Notes: generated from the letters alone by a model not told the origin. DNA of 64,000 nt from Acidobacteriota bacterium (GCA_037447115.1 JBBIHH010000004.1:71060-135059), one strand, 5' to 3'. Positions 44,515 to 53,879 are shown, counted from the stretch's first letter. Numbers and translations are program-made.

Positions 44515-46428
44515 ATGGCACCCATCGGTTCGCTCAACTTCAGCGGTCTGGCGAGCGGCCTGGACACGAAGGCCATCATCGAGGCGATCCTGCGGGCGGA
44601 GCGCAAGCCCGTCGAACGCCTCGAGCTGCGTCAGAGCCGTCTCGGCGCGAGGCAATCGGCGCTGGAAGAGTTGCGCGCGAAACTCCTCGCCTTCCGCGAC
44701 ACGCTGCGCGATCTTTCCAGCCAGCGAACGTTCGCCGGTCGCACGACGGCACTGAGCCAGGAGGGTTTCCTGACGGCCTCCGCCCGGCCGGGGGCGGAAG
44801 TCGGCCTGTTCGCGATCGAGGTGCTCCAGCTCGCGGCGGCGCACAAGGTGAAAAGCGACGGGTTTTTCGCCGACGACCAGGGCCTCGTGAGCGACGGCAC
44901 GATCACGATCCAGTCGGGGGACAACGACCCGATCACGATCGAGGTCTCGGCCGCGAACGGGAACAACTCCCTCGAGGCGGTGCGCGACGCCATCAACGGC
45001 GCCCAGGCCGGGGTCCAGGCCTCGATCCTCTTCGACGGTGCTGAGTACCGCCTGATCGTGCGGGCCGAGGAGACCGGGCTGGCCAACGCGCTGGCGATCG
45101 CGGACACGACGAACCTCGACCTGGACGATCCGGCCAACGAGGTCGCGGCGGCAGCGGACGCGCTACTGCGCGTGGAGGGCGTGGAGATCACCTCTGCGAG
45201 CAACAAGCTCACCCGCGCCATCGACGGCGTCACGCTGAATCTCCTCGCCACCACGAACGGCTCTCCCCTCACGCTGCAGGTCGAAGCCGACGTGGAGGGC
45301 GTCATCGAAGGCGTGCGAAAACTCGTCCAGGCCTACAACGAAGTCATCGAGTTCCTCGCCGAGCAGTTCGATCCCGACGACCCCGGACCGCTGGGGAGCG
45401 ACGCCACGAGCCGGCGCATCCAGCTCCGGTTGCAGAGCCTCGTCACGGCGGGGCTGGCGGGCGTGCCGGTGGGCGCGATCCGGTCGCTGTCCTCCGTCGG
45501 TGTCTCCTTCGATGGCCGCACCGGGAAGATGTCGCTCGACACGGGCCGCCTCCAGGAGCTGCTGGAGGAGCGCTTCGACGACGTGAGCCGCCTGTTCGTG
45601 GCCTCGGCGACGGCGACCGATCCGAAGGTGAGCTTCGCCAGCTCCACCATCCAGACGCAGGCCGGCGACTACGCCGTGCAGATCACGCAGGCCGCAGAGC
45701 GCGCCACCGTCGTGGGCAGCGCCCCGATCCAACCCTCGGGCCTGGAGCAAGACGAGACCCTCACGATCGCTGCCAACGGGAGCTCCGCGACGGTCGCCCT
45801 CGCCGCGGGCATGGACATCGCGGCGGTGGTGAATGCGGTGAACGCCGCCCTGCGCGAGCAGGGCGTTGAGGCTTTCGCCAGCGACGACGACGGTTCCTTG
45901 CGGATTTCCACGACCCGTTACGGGGCCAACCAGGACCTCGCGGTCTTTTCGGATCTTGCGGACCGTGCCGACGGCAAGCAGAGCGGTTTCGACACCACGC
46001 CGGCCACCGATACGGGGGCGGACGTGGCAGGAACGATCGACGGGGTGGCCGCCAGCGGTGCCGGCCAGTTCCTCGCGGCGGGCGAGGGGACGCCCGCGCA
46101 GGGGCTCAAGCTCCGCGTCACGGCCACCTCTCAGGACGTGACGGATCGGGGGGGCGACTTCGGCACGATCAGCTTCAGCCCCGGCCTGATGCAGGCTCTG
46201 ATGGCGGAGCTCGAGACAACGACGCGCTTCGGGGACGGGACGATCGACCGTGCCGAGGATCGGATCGAAGCCGACCTGGAGCGGATCGCGGACGAGATCG
46301 AACGCTTCGAAGCCCGACTGGTGGCGCGCGAGGCGCAGCTCGTGCGCATGTTCGCCGAGGCCGAGCGCGCGATCCAGGCGCTCCAGGCGCAGCAATCGGC
46401 CCTGGCGGGCTTCCTTGCGTCGTTCTGA
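44515..46428 (+). CDS. fliD: Flagellar filament cap protein (hook-associated protein 2)
   Basis: ATG at 44515. MAPIGSLNFSGLASGLDTKAIIEAILRAERKP is the FliD N-terminus. C-terminal coiled-coil ...RFEARLVAREAQLVRMFAEAERAIQALQ. Confidence 0.9.
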   Translation: MAPIGSLNFSGLASGLDTKAIIEAILRAERKPVERLELRQSRLGARQSALEELRAKLLAFRDTLRDLSSQRTFAGRTTALSQEGFLTASARPGAEVGLFAIEVLQLAAAHKVKSDGFFADDQGLVSDGTITIQSGDNDPITIEVSAANGNNSLEAVRDAINGAQAGVQASILFDGAEYRLIVRAEETGLANALAIADTTNLDLDDPANEVAAAADALLRVEGVEITSASNKLTRAIDGVTLNLLATTNGSPLTLQVEADVEGVIEGVRKLVQAYNEVIEFLAEQFDPDDPGPLGSDATSRRIQLRLQSLVTAGLAGVPVGAIRSLSSVGVSFDGRTGKMSLDTGRLQELLEERFDDVSRLFVASATATDPKVSFASSTIQTQAGDYAVQITQAAERATVVGSAPIQPSGLEQDETLTIAANGSSATVALAAGMDIAAVVNAVNAALREQGVEAFASDDDGSLRISTTRYGANQDLAVFSDLADRADGKQSGFDTTPATDTGADVAGTIDGVAASGAGQFLAAGEGTPAQGLKLRVTATSQDVTDRGGDFGTISFSPGLMQALMAELETTTRFGDGTIDRAEDRIEADLERIADEIERFEARLVAREAQLVRMFAEAERAIQALQAQQSALAGFLASF

Positions 46429-46450
46429 TCGTCCGAAGAGGGAGGAGCCG

Positions 46451-46852
46451 GTGGAGCAGACGAGCCGTGACGCCGCCCGTCGCTACGAGACGCAGGAGAT
46501 CGAGACCGCCGACCCGCTGCGGCGCATCGTGCGCGTCTACGAGCTGGCCTGTCTGCACGGCCGCCGCGCCCGGGCGGCGCTGCAACGCGGGGATGCCGCC
46601 GCCAAGGGCCGGGCCGTGCACCGCCTCTCTCGCTGCCTCGGCCTGCTGCGGGAGGTGCTCGATTTCAAGCGGGGCGGAGAGGTGGCCCGCCAGCTCGACC
46701 GTGTCTACGAGTATCTCCAGTTCCGTCTCGCCCAAGCCCACCTCCGCAACGACGCCGCTGCCTTCGAGGAGATCTTGGCCCACCTGACGAGCCTGGCGCA
46801 GGCCTGGCAAGAGGCCGCAAGCCGGCCGGCTGGGCTGGAGCGCACGCGGTGA
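46451..46852 (+). CDS. fliS: Flagellar export chaperone FliS
   Basis: GTG at 46451 follows GAGGGAGGAG. YETQEIETADPLRRIVRVYE...KGRAVHRLSRCLGLLREVLDFKRGGEVARQLDRVYEYL matches the FliS four-helix pattern. Confidence 0.85.
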   Translation: MEQTSRDAARRYETQEIETADPLRRIVRVYELACLHGRRARAALQRGDAAAKGRAVHRLSRCLGLLREVLDFKRGGEVARQLDRVYEYLQFRLAQAHLRNDAAAFEEILAHLTSLAQAWQEAASRPAGLERTR

Positions 46853-47220
46853 GGTCTCGAGGCTCGATGCTGGAGCAGGCGCTGCGCGCCGTCGAGGAGG
46901 CCGGTGAGGGACTCGCTCGAGCCATCGACTCCGGCGATCCCGGCGCGCTCGGCGCGGCCGTCGAGGCGCGCGGCCTGCGGGTGGCGGAGCTCGCGGGCGT
47001 GCTGGGGGAGGTGGCGCGCTCCGCGGACGCGGAGCTGCGGCGCCGGGCCGCCGAGGGTTGCCGGCGCATCGAAGCCCAGGCGGAAGAGCTGCGCCGCGCC
47101 CTGGAGCGACACCTCGCGCGCTGCCGCATGGATCTGCAGCAGAACCGGAGCGTGGGCCGCGCGCTGCGCCGCTACGCGGCGCTCGAGCCCGAGAAGCTCG
47201 CGTTCGACCGCTCCGGGTGA
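46849..47220 (+). CDS. Hypothetical helical protein in the FliT position (putative flagellar chaperone/regulator)
   Basis: 123 aa, Ala/Arg/Glu-rich and helical. The GTGA start overlaps the fliS stop. The assignment rests on position only. Confidence 0.4.
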   Translation: MRSRGSMLEQALRAVEEAGEGLARAIDSGDPGALGAAVEARGLRVAELAGVLGEVARSADAELRRRAAEGCRRIEAQAEELRRALERHLARCRMDLQQNRSVGRALRRYAALEPEKLAFDRSG

Positions 47221-48293
47221 GCCGGCTCGAGCCAGCCCTCCCGCTCGAGCTTCCGCAGCTTTTCCAGGAACGTCGTACGCTTGAGCTGCAACAGCTCGGC
47301 GGCGCGAGCTTTGTTGCCCTTGCTGATGCGCAACGACTGCAGGATCAGCTCGCGCTCCAGGTGGCTGACCGCCGCTCGCAGGGACAGCCCCTCCTCGGTG
47401 AGCACCATCGCGGCGAGCCCTCCCGGCCGTTCCTCCGCGCCCGAGATCTCGCGCGGCAGATGCTGAGGGCCGATCGCCTCCGCCGCCCCGGCCATGATCG
47501 TCGCGAACTCGACGGCGTTCTCCAGCTCCCGGACGTTGCCGGGCCAGGAATAATGCAAGAGCGCGCGCAGCGAAGCCGAGGAGAAAACCTTCGGCCCCCG
47601 CAGCCCGAGCCGGGCTGCCACGCGCCGGGCGAAGTGCTCCGCGAGCGGCGGGATCTCCTCCGGCCGCTCGCGCAGTGGCGGCAGGGTCACGGGAAACGTG
47701 CTCAGGCGATAGTAGAGGTCCAAGCGGAAGAGCCCTTCGTCGACGCGCCGACGGAGGTCCTCGTTCGTGGCGACGACGATACGAACGTCCACCCTCCGCC
47801 CCTGGTTGGCCCCGACGCGGATCACGTGACGGTCCTGCAGGACCCGCAGCAACTTGACTTGCGCGGCGGCGCTCATCGTGGCGATCTCGTCCAGAAGCAG
47901 CGTCCCGCCGTCGGCCTCCTCGAAGCGTCCCATGCGGTCGCGCTCGGCCCCGGTGAAGGCGCCGCGGACGTGACCGAAAAGCTCGCTCTCCAGCAAATTC
48001 TCGGGGATCGCGCCGCAGTGCACCCGCACGAACGGCCCGCGCCGGCGCGCGGGATGGCGTTCATGGAGCAGGCGCGCCGCGAGCTCCTTGCCCACCCCGC
48101 TCTCGCCCATCAGCAGCACCGTCGTGTCGAGCGGAGCCGCCCGCTCGAGCTGCTCCACGACGAGCCGCATGGGCTCGCTGGCGACGATCATCGAGGTCGG
48201 GGTTTCGGTTTCTAGCGGATGCGATGCGTCCCAGGTCCGCGCTCCATCGCTCGTGCGTTCGCTGCCCGGACGAAGGCCACCCGATCCTTCCAT
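47172..48293 (-). CDS. Sigma-54-dependent transcriptional activator lacking an N-terminal sensory/receiver domain (AAA+ plus Fis-type HTH only)
   Basis: ATG at 48293. [12 protein letters not shown] (Walker A), [15 protein letters not shown] (GAFTGA), GGTLLLDEI (Walker B), RVVATN, NVRELEN, and a C-terminal HTH ...[24 protein letters not shown]. Only about 35 aa precede the AAA+ core. Confidence 0.85.
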   Translation of the reverse strand: MEGSGGLRPGSERTSDGARTWDASHPLETETPTSMIVASEPMRLVVEQLERAAPLDTTVLLMGESGVGKELAARLLHERHPARRRGPFVRVHCGAIPENLLESELFGHVRGAFTGAERDRMGRFEEADGGTLLLDEIATMSAAAQVKLLRVLQDRHVIRVGANQGRRVDVRIVVATNEDLRRRVDEGLFRLDLYYRLSTFPVTLPPLRERPEEIPPLAEHFARRVAARLGLRGPKVFSSASLRALLHYSWPGNVRELENAVEFATIMAGAAEAIGPQHLPREISGAEERPGGLAAMVLTEEGLSLRAAVSHLERELILQSLRISKGNKARAAELLQLKRTTFLEKLRKLEREGWLEPAHPERSNASFSGSSAA

Positions 48294-48363
48294 CGCCAAC
48301 CCCCTCCGCTTCCCACGGTTCCCCTTTCGCAGGTGCGTGTCGCTGGAGCATCCAGAGTTGTGG

Positions 48364-48391
48364 AATATTGCCGCGGCGAGGGAGAAGTCAA
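48364..48391 (-). promoter_or_regulatory. Candidate sigma-70 promoter for the sigma-54 activator gene
   Basis: On the minus strand: TTGACT (48391-48386), a 16-nt spacer, then AATATT (48369-48364). About 70 nt upstream of the ATG at 48293. Confidence 0.3.
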
Positions 48392-48512
48392 GTCGGAAAA
48401 ATTTATACCCGCGCGAGTCTACCTGCCGCGCGGTTTCCCGTGGAACCGACGCCCGAGCTGCTCCTGGCGTCGGATCCCCGTCACCTGCCGCGCGCCGCTC
48501 GGGGATTTTCGC

Positions 48513-48528
48513 GGGCAAGCGCTTTGCT
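48513..48528 (+). promoter_or_regulatory. Sigma-54 promoter-like site upstream of the TPR/kinase/regulator operon
   Basis: GGGCAAGCGCTTTGCT. GG at 48514-15 and GC at 48526-27 give exact GG-N10-GC spacing. Consensus is TGGCACG-N4-TTGCW. Confidence 0.5.
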
Positions 48529-48543
48529 CCGGAGCGCGCGGCG

Positions 48544-50184
48544 ATGCGGATCGGTTCACTTTCGCTCGCGCTTTGCTTGCTGTCCGCAGGCGCAGGCGCG
48601 GACACCGCGCCGGGTTCGAGCGCGGACGCAAAGCTTCTGGCGGAGCGGCTGGATTGCCGGGACTGCCCGCCCGAGGCGATCGCCGAAGCGCGGCGCTCGC
48701 TGCGCCAGCTCGCTGCGGGGCCGACCGAGGCGCCCGAGACGCGCGCCGCCGTCCTGGCCCTGGCCGAAGCGGCCGCGAGAGGCGAGCCCAACCCGGAGGG
48801 CGTGGCCGATTTGATGGCGGCCGTCACGCTCTATCCTGAAGAGCCCGCAGCGGCGCGGTGGCTGCCCGTGCTGGCGCAGGCGCAGCTCGCCACAGGCGAC
48901 GCCCTGGGCGCGCACTTTACCTTCGTGCGCTGGCTGGAACGGGGGGGCGATCTCGATCCGCAGACGCGGCTCCTCGCGGCGGAGAACGCCGTCGGCGTGG
49001 GGGACGAAGCTGCGGCTTTCCGCTGGATCGGCGATCTCGACGCGGCGTCGCTGCCCGAGGAGGCGCGCCACCGTCTGGCCCGCGTGCGCCTGAGAGCGGC
49101 GACCGCCCTGGGGCGGGACGAGCTGGCGCGGCAGGCGCTGCACGAGCTGAGCGCGGGGGAGCTCGCGCGGGATGCAGAGGCTCTGCTCGCCGCGGCCCAG
49201 TTGCTGGAGCGTGCCGGCGAGAGCCAGCAAGCCGCATCGTTGTACGAGCGGTTCGCGAATGTCTATTTGGATCACGCGCGCTGGGCCGAGGCGGCGGTCG
49301 CGCTCGGGCGCGTGCGAGCTGCGCTGGGGCAGCCCCAGGCAGCGCGGGCGAGCTTCGAGTGGGTTCTGGAGCGGGCGCCCGGGACCCTGGCAGCGGATCG
49401 GGCGCGTTTCGCCCTGGCCCGGCTCGACGCGGGCGGCGACCCTCGCGGGCTTCTGGCCCGGGGGCTGGCGGTGGCGGCGGGCGCGGCGACCGCCCGAGGC
49501 GCGGAGGAGATCTGCTGCGCGCTGCTCGACGCGGCCGCCGAACAGCTCGGCCCACTGGCGGCCGCCGAGGTCGCCGGACGGCTCGCTGCGAAAGAAGGAT
49601 TCGCGGGCCTCGCGGCTCGCAAGTGCGCTGCTGCCAGGATTCAAGGCTGGGCCGCGGGGCTGCTCGAGGGGGCGGACACCGTGCGGGCAGCCGCGCTCGC
49701 CCGTGTCCTGGCCGATGGCGGCTTCAAGGTGCCGCGGCAGACGCGGACGCTTCTGGATCGTGCGCGGGCCTCCCTGGGGCTTGTGCCCCTGTGGGATCCG
49801 GCGCGCGAGACGCTGCTCGCCGAGGCCCGAGCGGAGGCCGCTGCGGGCCGCTGGGAAGGAGTCCACACCCGGCTCGCCCCGGCGCTGGCCTCGCTCGACC
49901 CCACAGCTCCGGAGTGGGCCGTCATGGCGCGCCTCGCTGCCGAGGCCCGCTGGCGCCTCGGCGAGCGAGCCGAAGCGCTCGCACAACTGGAGCAGGCGCT
50001 GTCGCGGGTACCGGAGACTTCGCGCCGGCCGCTGCTCGTGCTGCGGGCCGATCTGCTGTTTGCCTCCCGGGCCTTCGACGGAGCGTGCGCCGCCTACGCC
50101 GAGGCGGCGCGGCTCGATCGCTCCCCCTGGGTGGACGCCCAGCTCGCGCGCTGCCACGCGCGAGCCTCGGGGCAGGTGCCGTGA
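48544..50184 (+). CDS. Secreted TPR-like repeat protein
   Basis: ATG at 48544. Signal peptide [19 protein letters not shown], then about 520 aa of Ala/Leu/Arg-rich helical hairpin repeats. The stop overlaps the kinase GTG start (GTGA). The ORF-track start at 48088 is over-extended. Confidence 0.7.
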   Translation: MRIGSLSLALCLLSAGAGADTAPGSSADAKLLAERLDCRDCPPEAIAEARRSLRQLAAGPTEAPETRAAVLALAEAAARGEPNPEGVADLMAAVTLYPEEPAAARWLPVLAQAQLATGDALGAHFTFVRWLERGGDLDPQTRLLAAENAVGVGDEAAAFRWIGDLDAASLPEEARHRLARVRLRAATALGRDELARQALHELSAGELARDAEALLAAAQLLERAGESQQAASLYERFANVYLDHARWAEAAVALGRVRAALGQPQAARASFEWVLERAPGTLAADRARFALARLDAGGDPRGLLARGLAVAAGAATARGAEEICCALLDAAAEQLGPLAAAEVAGRLAAKEGFAGLAARKCAAARIQGWAAGLLEGADTVRAAALARVLADGGFKVPRQTRTLLDRARASLGLVPLWDPARETLLAEARAEAAAGRWEGVHTRLAPALASLDPTAPEWAVMARLAAEARWRLGERAEALAQLEQALSRVPETSRRPLLVLRADLLFASRAFDGACAAYAEAARLDRSPWVDAQLARCHARASGQVP

Positions 50185-51314
50185 GTACGCAGACGCTGTC
50201 CCGCGAGAGCTTGCTTCACGAAGCGTTCGCGCGGTTCGAGCGCGCCGCCGTGCACTTGCGGGAAGAGCACGAGCGGCTGCGGCGCAGGGTCGCACGCCTC
50301 GAGGCACGTCTCGTCGGCGCGCACCGTCGCCTGCGTGCCGTCCTCGACGCCCTCGATACGGGGGTGGCGGTCGTCGCGGCGGACGGGACGATCGCCGAGA
50401 CCAACCCCGCCTTCGATCGCCTGGGCCTGGCCCGGAGGGGGGAGCGGCCCGGGGGCGTGCTGGGGGAGCTGATCGCCGGGGCCGGCCGCCGCCGCGCCGC
50501 CCGCTGCACCCACGCCGTCGGCGGGCAGGAACGGCATTTGTGCGCCTCGCTGCTGCCGGTAGGAGGCGAGAGCCAGGGATGGGTGCTCGCGGTGAAAGAT
50601 GTCACCGACCTCAGGCGCGAAGACGAAGAGGGCGAACGCCGGCAGCGGCTGGAGGCCCTGGGCCGCCTGGCGGCAGAGATCGCTCACGAGGTGCGCAACC
50701 CCCTCGGGAGCATGCGGCTTTTCGCGGGCATGCTGGGCCGGGATCCCGATCCGTCCACGGTGCGCGAGGCGGCGCAGCAACTGCTGGCGGCGGTGGCCTC
50801 GCTCGAGCGCACCGTCTCCAACTTGCTCGCCTTCGCCCGGCCGCCGAGAACGCGCCGCGTCGAGGTGGAACTCGTCGCGCTGGCGAGGGAGATCTGCGGT
50901 TGGCTCGCGCCCGCGGCGGCGTTGCGCGGCGTGTGCCTGGAGGGCCCCGAAGGGGGGCCCGCGACCGTGCACGCCGACGGGGAAGCGCTGCGGCAGGTGC
51001 TGCTCAACCTGGTGGGCAATGCCTTGGCCGCCTGCCGCCGGGGTGATCGGATTCGGGTGGCGCTCCGCGGCGGGTCTCGGGACGTCGAGCTCATCGTGCA
51101 GGACACCGGGTGCGGCATCGCGCCCGAGGATCTGCCGCGCGTGTTCGATCCCTTTTTCAGCAGACGAGAGGGCGGGACGGGTCTCGGGCTCTCCATCGTC
51201 CATCGCGTCGTCGAGGATCACGGGGGATGGGTCGGCATCGAGAGCCGGGCGGGAGCGGGCACGACCGTGACGGTGCGGCTGCCGCGCCGCGGCAGCGGAG
51301 GGAGATCTCGGTGA
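50181..51314 (+). CDS. Cytoplasmic PAS/HisKA/HATPase sensor histidine kinase (FlrB/FleS-like)
   Basis: GTG at 50181. No TM segments. PAS-like LRAVLDALDTGVAVVAADGTIAETNPAF. H-box LAAEIAHEVRNPLGSM. N-box LLNLVGNALAA. G-boxes VQDTGCGI and GTGLGLSIV. Confidence 0.9.
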   Translation: MSTQTLSRESLLHEAFARFERAAVHLREEHERLRRRVARLEARLVGAHRRLRAVLDALDTGVAVVAADGTIAETNPAFDRLGLARRGERPGGVLGELIAGAGRRRAARCTHAVGGQERHLCASLLPVGGESQGWVLAVKDVTDLRREDEEGERRQRLEALGRLAAEIAHEVRNPLGSMRLFAGMLGRDPDPSTVREAAQQLLAAVASLERTVSNLLAFARPPRTRRVEVELVALAREICGWLAPAAALRGVCLEGPEGGPATVHADGEALRQVLLNLVGNALAACRRGDRIRVALRGGSRDVELIVQDTGCGIAPEDLPRVFDPFFSRREGGTGLGLSIVHRVVEDHGGWVGIESRAGAGTTVTVRLPRRGSGGRSR

Positions 51315-52627
51315 GTGGGACGGTATTGATCGTGGACGACGAGCCCCCCATGGCCCGGGCCATGGCCGTGGTCCTGGAGCGGGCGGGCTACCGCGCTGTG
51401 ACGGCGTCGAGCGCGGAGGCCGGGCTGGAGCGACTGGCCCGGGGCCGCTTCGACCTGGTCATCACGGACCTACGCCTGCCCGGGGGCGATGGGTGCAGTC
51501 TCCTGGAACGGTGCCGTTTGCTCTATCCCAGGCTGCCCGTCGTGGTCGTCACCGCCTACGCCTCGGTGGACTCGGCGGTGGCGTGCATGCGCGCGGGCGC
51601 GGGGGAGTACCTGCAGAAGCCTTTCGCGCCCGAGGCGCTCGAGCAAGTGGTGGCTCGGCTGCTCCGCGAGCGCAGAAGCGCGCAGCCGCAGGACGTCGAG
51701 GCGATCGTCGCGGAGGACCCTGCGACGCGGGCGGCGCTCGAGCTGGCGCTGCGGGCGGCCCGTGCCGAGGCCACGGTCCTGCTCGAGGCGGAGTCGGGCG
51801 CGGGCAAAGAGGTCTTCGCCCGGCTGATCCACCGGGAGAGCGCGCGGGCCAAGGGACCGTTCGTGGCTGTCAACTGCGCGGCGTTGCCGCGCGAACTCCT
51901 GGAGGCGGAGCTGTTCGGCTACTGCCGAGGCGCTTTCACGGGGGCGGTGCGGGACCGGCGCGGCTACTTCCAGCTCGCCGACGGGGGGACGCTGCTGCTC
52001 GACGAGATCGGCGAGATGTCGCCGGAGTTGCAGGCTCGACTGCTGCGCGTCCTTCAGGACCGCTCCGTGCAACCTGTCGGAGCCGAGGCCCCGGTGCAGG
52101 TGGACGTGCGCGTCGTCGCGGCCACGAACCGCAACCTCAAGCGCGAGGTCGCGGAGGGTCGCTTTCGGGAGGACCTCTACTACCGGTTGTGCGTGCTGCG
52201 GGTGACGATCCCGCCGCTGCGGGAGCGTCCGGCGGACATCGCACCGCTCGCCTGGGCTTTCGCCCGCCGCTTCGCCGGCCCCCAGGCCACGCTGACCGCG
52301 GCCGCCCTGGCCAAGCTCGAGGGGCACCGCTGGCCGGGCAACGTGCGAGAGCTCGAGAACGTGATCCAGCGCGCGGCGGTGCTCAGTGGCGGCGCCCGCA
52401 TCGACGCCGAGCACCTGGAGCTCGACATGCCCCGCGCCGAGCCTGCTCCGAGTGCGCCGCGCTCGCTCGAGGAGGCGGAGCGCGAGGCGATCCGCCTCAC
52501 CCTGCTCGAGGTGGGAGGCAACCGCACCAAGGCGGCGGAGCGCCTCGGAATCTCGCCGCGCACGCTGCGGCACAAGCTCAAGCGTTACCGCGACCTGGGG
52601 GTGCCCGTCGTGGAGGCGTACCGGTGA
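51311..52627 (+). CDS. Sigma-54-dependent response regulator (NtrC family; FlrC/FleR-like)
   Basis: GTG at 51311 overlaps the kinase stop. Receiver VLIVDDEP...DLVITDLRLPGGDG...TAY...LQKP. AAA+ [50 protein letters not shown]. Confidence 0.9.
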   Translation: MSGTVLIVDDEPPMARAMAVVLERAGYRAVTASSAEAGLERLARGRFDLVITDLRLPGGDGCSLLERCRLLYPRLPVVVVTAYASVDSAVACMRAGAGEYLQKPFAPEALEQVVARLLRERRSAQPQDVEAIVAEDPATRAALELALRAARAEATVLLEAESGAGKEVFARLIHRESARAKGPFVAVNCAALPRELLEAELFGYCRGAFTGAVRDRRGYFQLADGGTLLLDEIGEMSPELQARLLRVLQDRSVQPVGAEAPVQVDVRVVAATNRNLKREVAEGRFREDLYYRLCVLRVTIPPLRERPADIAPLAWAFARRFAGPQATLTAAALAKLEGHRWPGNVRELENVIQRAAVLSGGARIDAEHLELDMPRAEPAPSAPRSLEEAEREAIRLTLLEVGGNRTKAAERLGISPRTLRHKLKRYRDLGVPVVEAYR

Positions 52628-52705
52628 GCGCACCTCTTCGGCAGGTCCTGGCCGCCTTCCGGCAAGAGCTGGCCGCCCTGCTCTGCCAAGAGGGGGCGTT
52701 CGGGC

Positions 52706-52720
52706 GGGCACGGGGTTTGC
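52706..52720 (+). promoter_or_regulatory. Sigma-54 promoter-like site upstream of flgB
   Basis: GGGCACGGGGTTTGC. GG at 52707-08 and GC at 52719-20 (GG-N10-GC). It lies 16 nt upstream of the flgB ATG, so the predicted TSS leaves only about a 5-nt leader. Confidence 0.5.
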
Positions 52721-52736
52721 CCCCGAGGAAGCGACG

Positions 52737-53132
52737 ATGAGGGTTCTCGGCGATCGCACGTTGGAGGCCATGGGCCGCCTGCTCGACCGCCTCGTACGGA
52801 GCGCGGCCGTGACGGCCTCCAACCTGGCGAACGCGGAAACACCCGGCTACCGCGCTCTCGAGGTGCGCTTTCCCGACCTGCTCCGGATGCACCGCGCCGA
52901 CGTGGAGCGGACCCATCCGCGCCATCTGCAGCCTCCGGGGTCTATCGAGGAGGGTCGGGTGCAGTTCGCGCCGGTGACGCGCGCCCGTCCCGACGGTAAC
53001 ACGGTGGACGTGGAGCGCGAGATGATGCGCCTCGGTGAGCTCCAGGGGCGCTACCGCGCGACGACCGAGATGCTGCGCAAGCGCTTCGCTTTGTTCCTCT
53101 ATGCCGCGACCGACGGGAGGTTCCAACGATGA
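52737..53132 (+). CDS. flgB: Flagellar basal-body rod protein FlgB
   Basis: ATG at 52737 follows GAGGAAG. SNLANAETPGYRA and DGNTVDVEREMMRLGELQGRY are FlgB motifs. An alternative ATG lies at 52770. Confidence 0.85.
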   Translation: MRVLGDRTLEAMGRLLDRLVRSAAVTASNLANAETPGYRALEVRFPDLLRMHRADVERTHPRHLQPPGSIEEGRVQFAPVTRARPDGNTVDVEREMMRLGELQGRYRATTEMLRKRFALFLYAATDGRFQR

Positions 53133-53554
53133 GCCTCAAACGGGCCATGGCGATCGCAGCCTCGGCTCTTTCCGCGCAGCGGACGAGGCTGGAACTCGTG
53201 GCGTCCAATCTCGCCAACGCGCGCACGACCCGCACGCCGGGGGGCGGTCCCTACCGGCGGCGTCTGCCCGTCTTCGTCGCCCAGCCCCTGGCCGCCTCGC
53301 CCGCCCAGCCCCTCGCCGCATCGCTGCAGGCGGTGCGCGTGGCGCGTGTGGTCGAGGATCCCTCCCCCTTCCTCCGACGCTACGAGCCGGGGCACCCCGA
53401 CGCGGACGAGGCGGGGTTCGTGGCCTACCCCAACGTGGACCCTTTGGCCGAGATGGTGGACCTGCTCACCGCCGCCCGCTCCTACGAGGCCAACGTGACG
53501 CTCGTGCGGGCGGCCAGGGAGATGCTGCGCAACACGCTGCAGATTCTGGTGTGA
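53129..53554 (+). CDS. flgC: Flagellar basal-body rod protein FlgC
   Basis: 141 aa. LSAQRTRLELVASNLANARTTRTPGGGPYRR and YPNVDPLAEMVDLLTAARSYEANV. Confidence 0.95.
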   Translation: MSLKRAMAIAASALSAQRTRLELVASNLANARTTRTPGGGPYRRRLPVFVAQPLAASPAQPLAASLQAVRVARVVEDPSPFLRRYEPGHPDADEAGFVAYPNVDPLAEMVDLLTAARSYEANVTLVRAAREMLRNTLQILV

Positions 53555-53567
53555 GGGAGGGTGCACG

Positions 53568-53861
53568 ATGGATCCCATCCGCGGGCTCCCCGAGATCGGC
53601 GGGATCGAGGCCCTGCGGCCGGCGCCAGGCCGTGGGGCGGCCGAGGGTTTCGCCGAGATGCTGGCCGAGGCGATGCGCGCGGTGGATCGCCTGCAACGGG
53701 AAAGCGACGCCGCGCAGCAGGCCCTGGCCGCGGGCGACGACGTCGAGCTGCACGAAGTGCTGATCAAGATCGAGGAAGCGGAGGTGGCGTTCAAGATCAT
53801 GATGGAAGTGCGCAACAAGCTGGTCGACGCCTACCGCGAGATCATGCGCATGGGCGGCTGA
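53568..53861 (+). CDS. fliE: Flagellar hook-basal body complex protein FliE
   Basis: 97 aa. FAEMLAEAMRAVDRLQ...DVELHEVLIKIEEAEVAFKIMMEVRNKLVDAYREIMRM. Confidence 0.9.
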   Translation: MDPIRGLPEIGGIEALRPAPGRGAAEGFAEMLAEAMRAVDRLQRESDAAQQALAAGDDVELHEVLIKIEEAEVAFKIMMEVRNKLVDAYREIMRMGG

Positions 53862-53879
53862 TTCGGGTAGGGATGGCCG

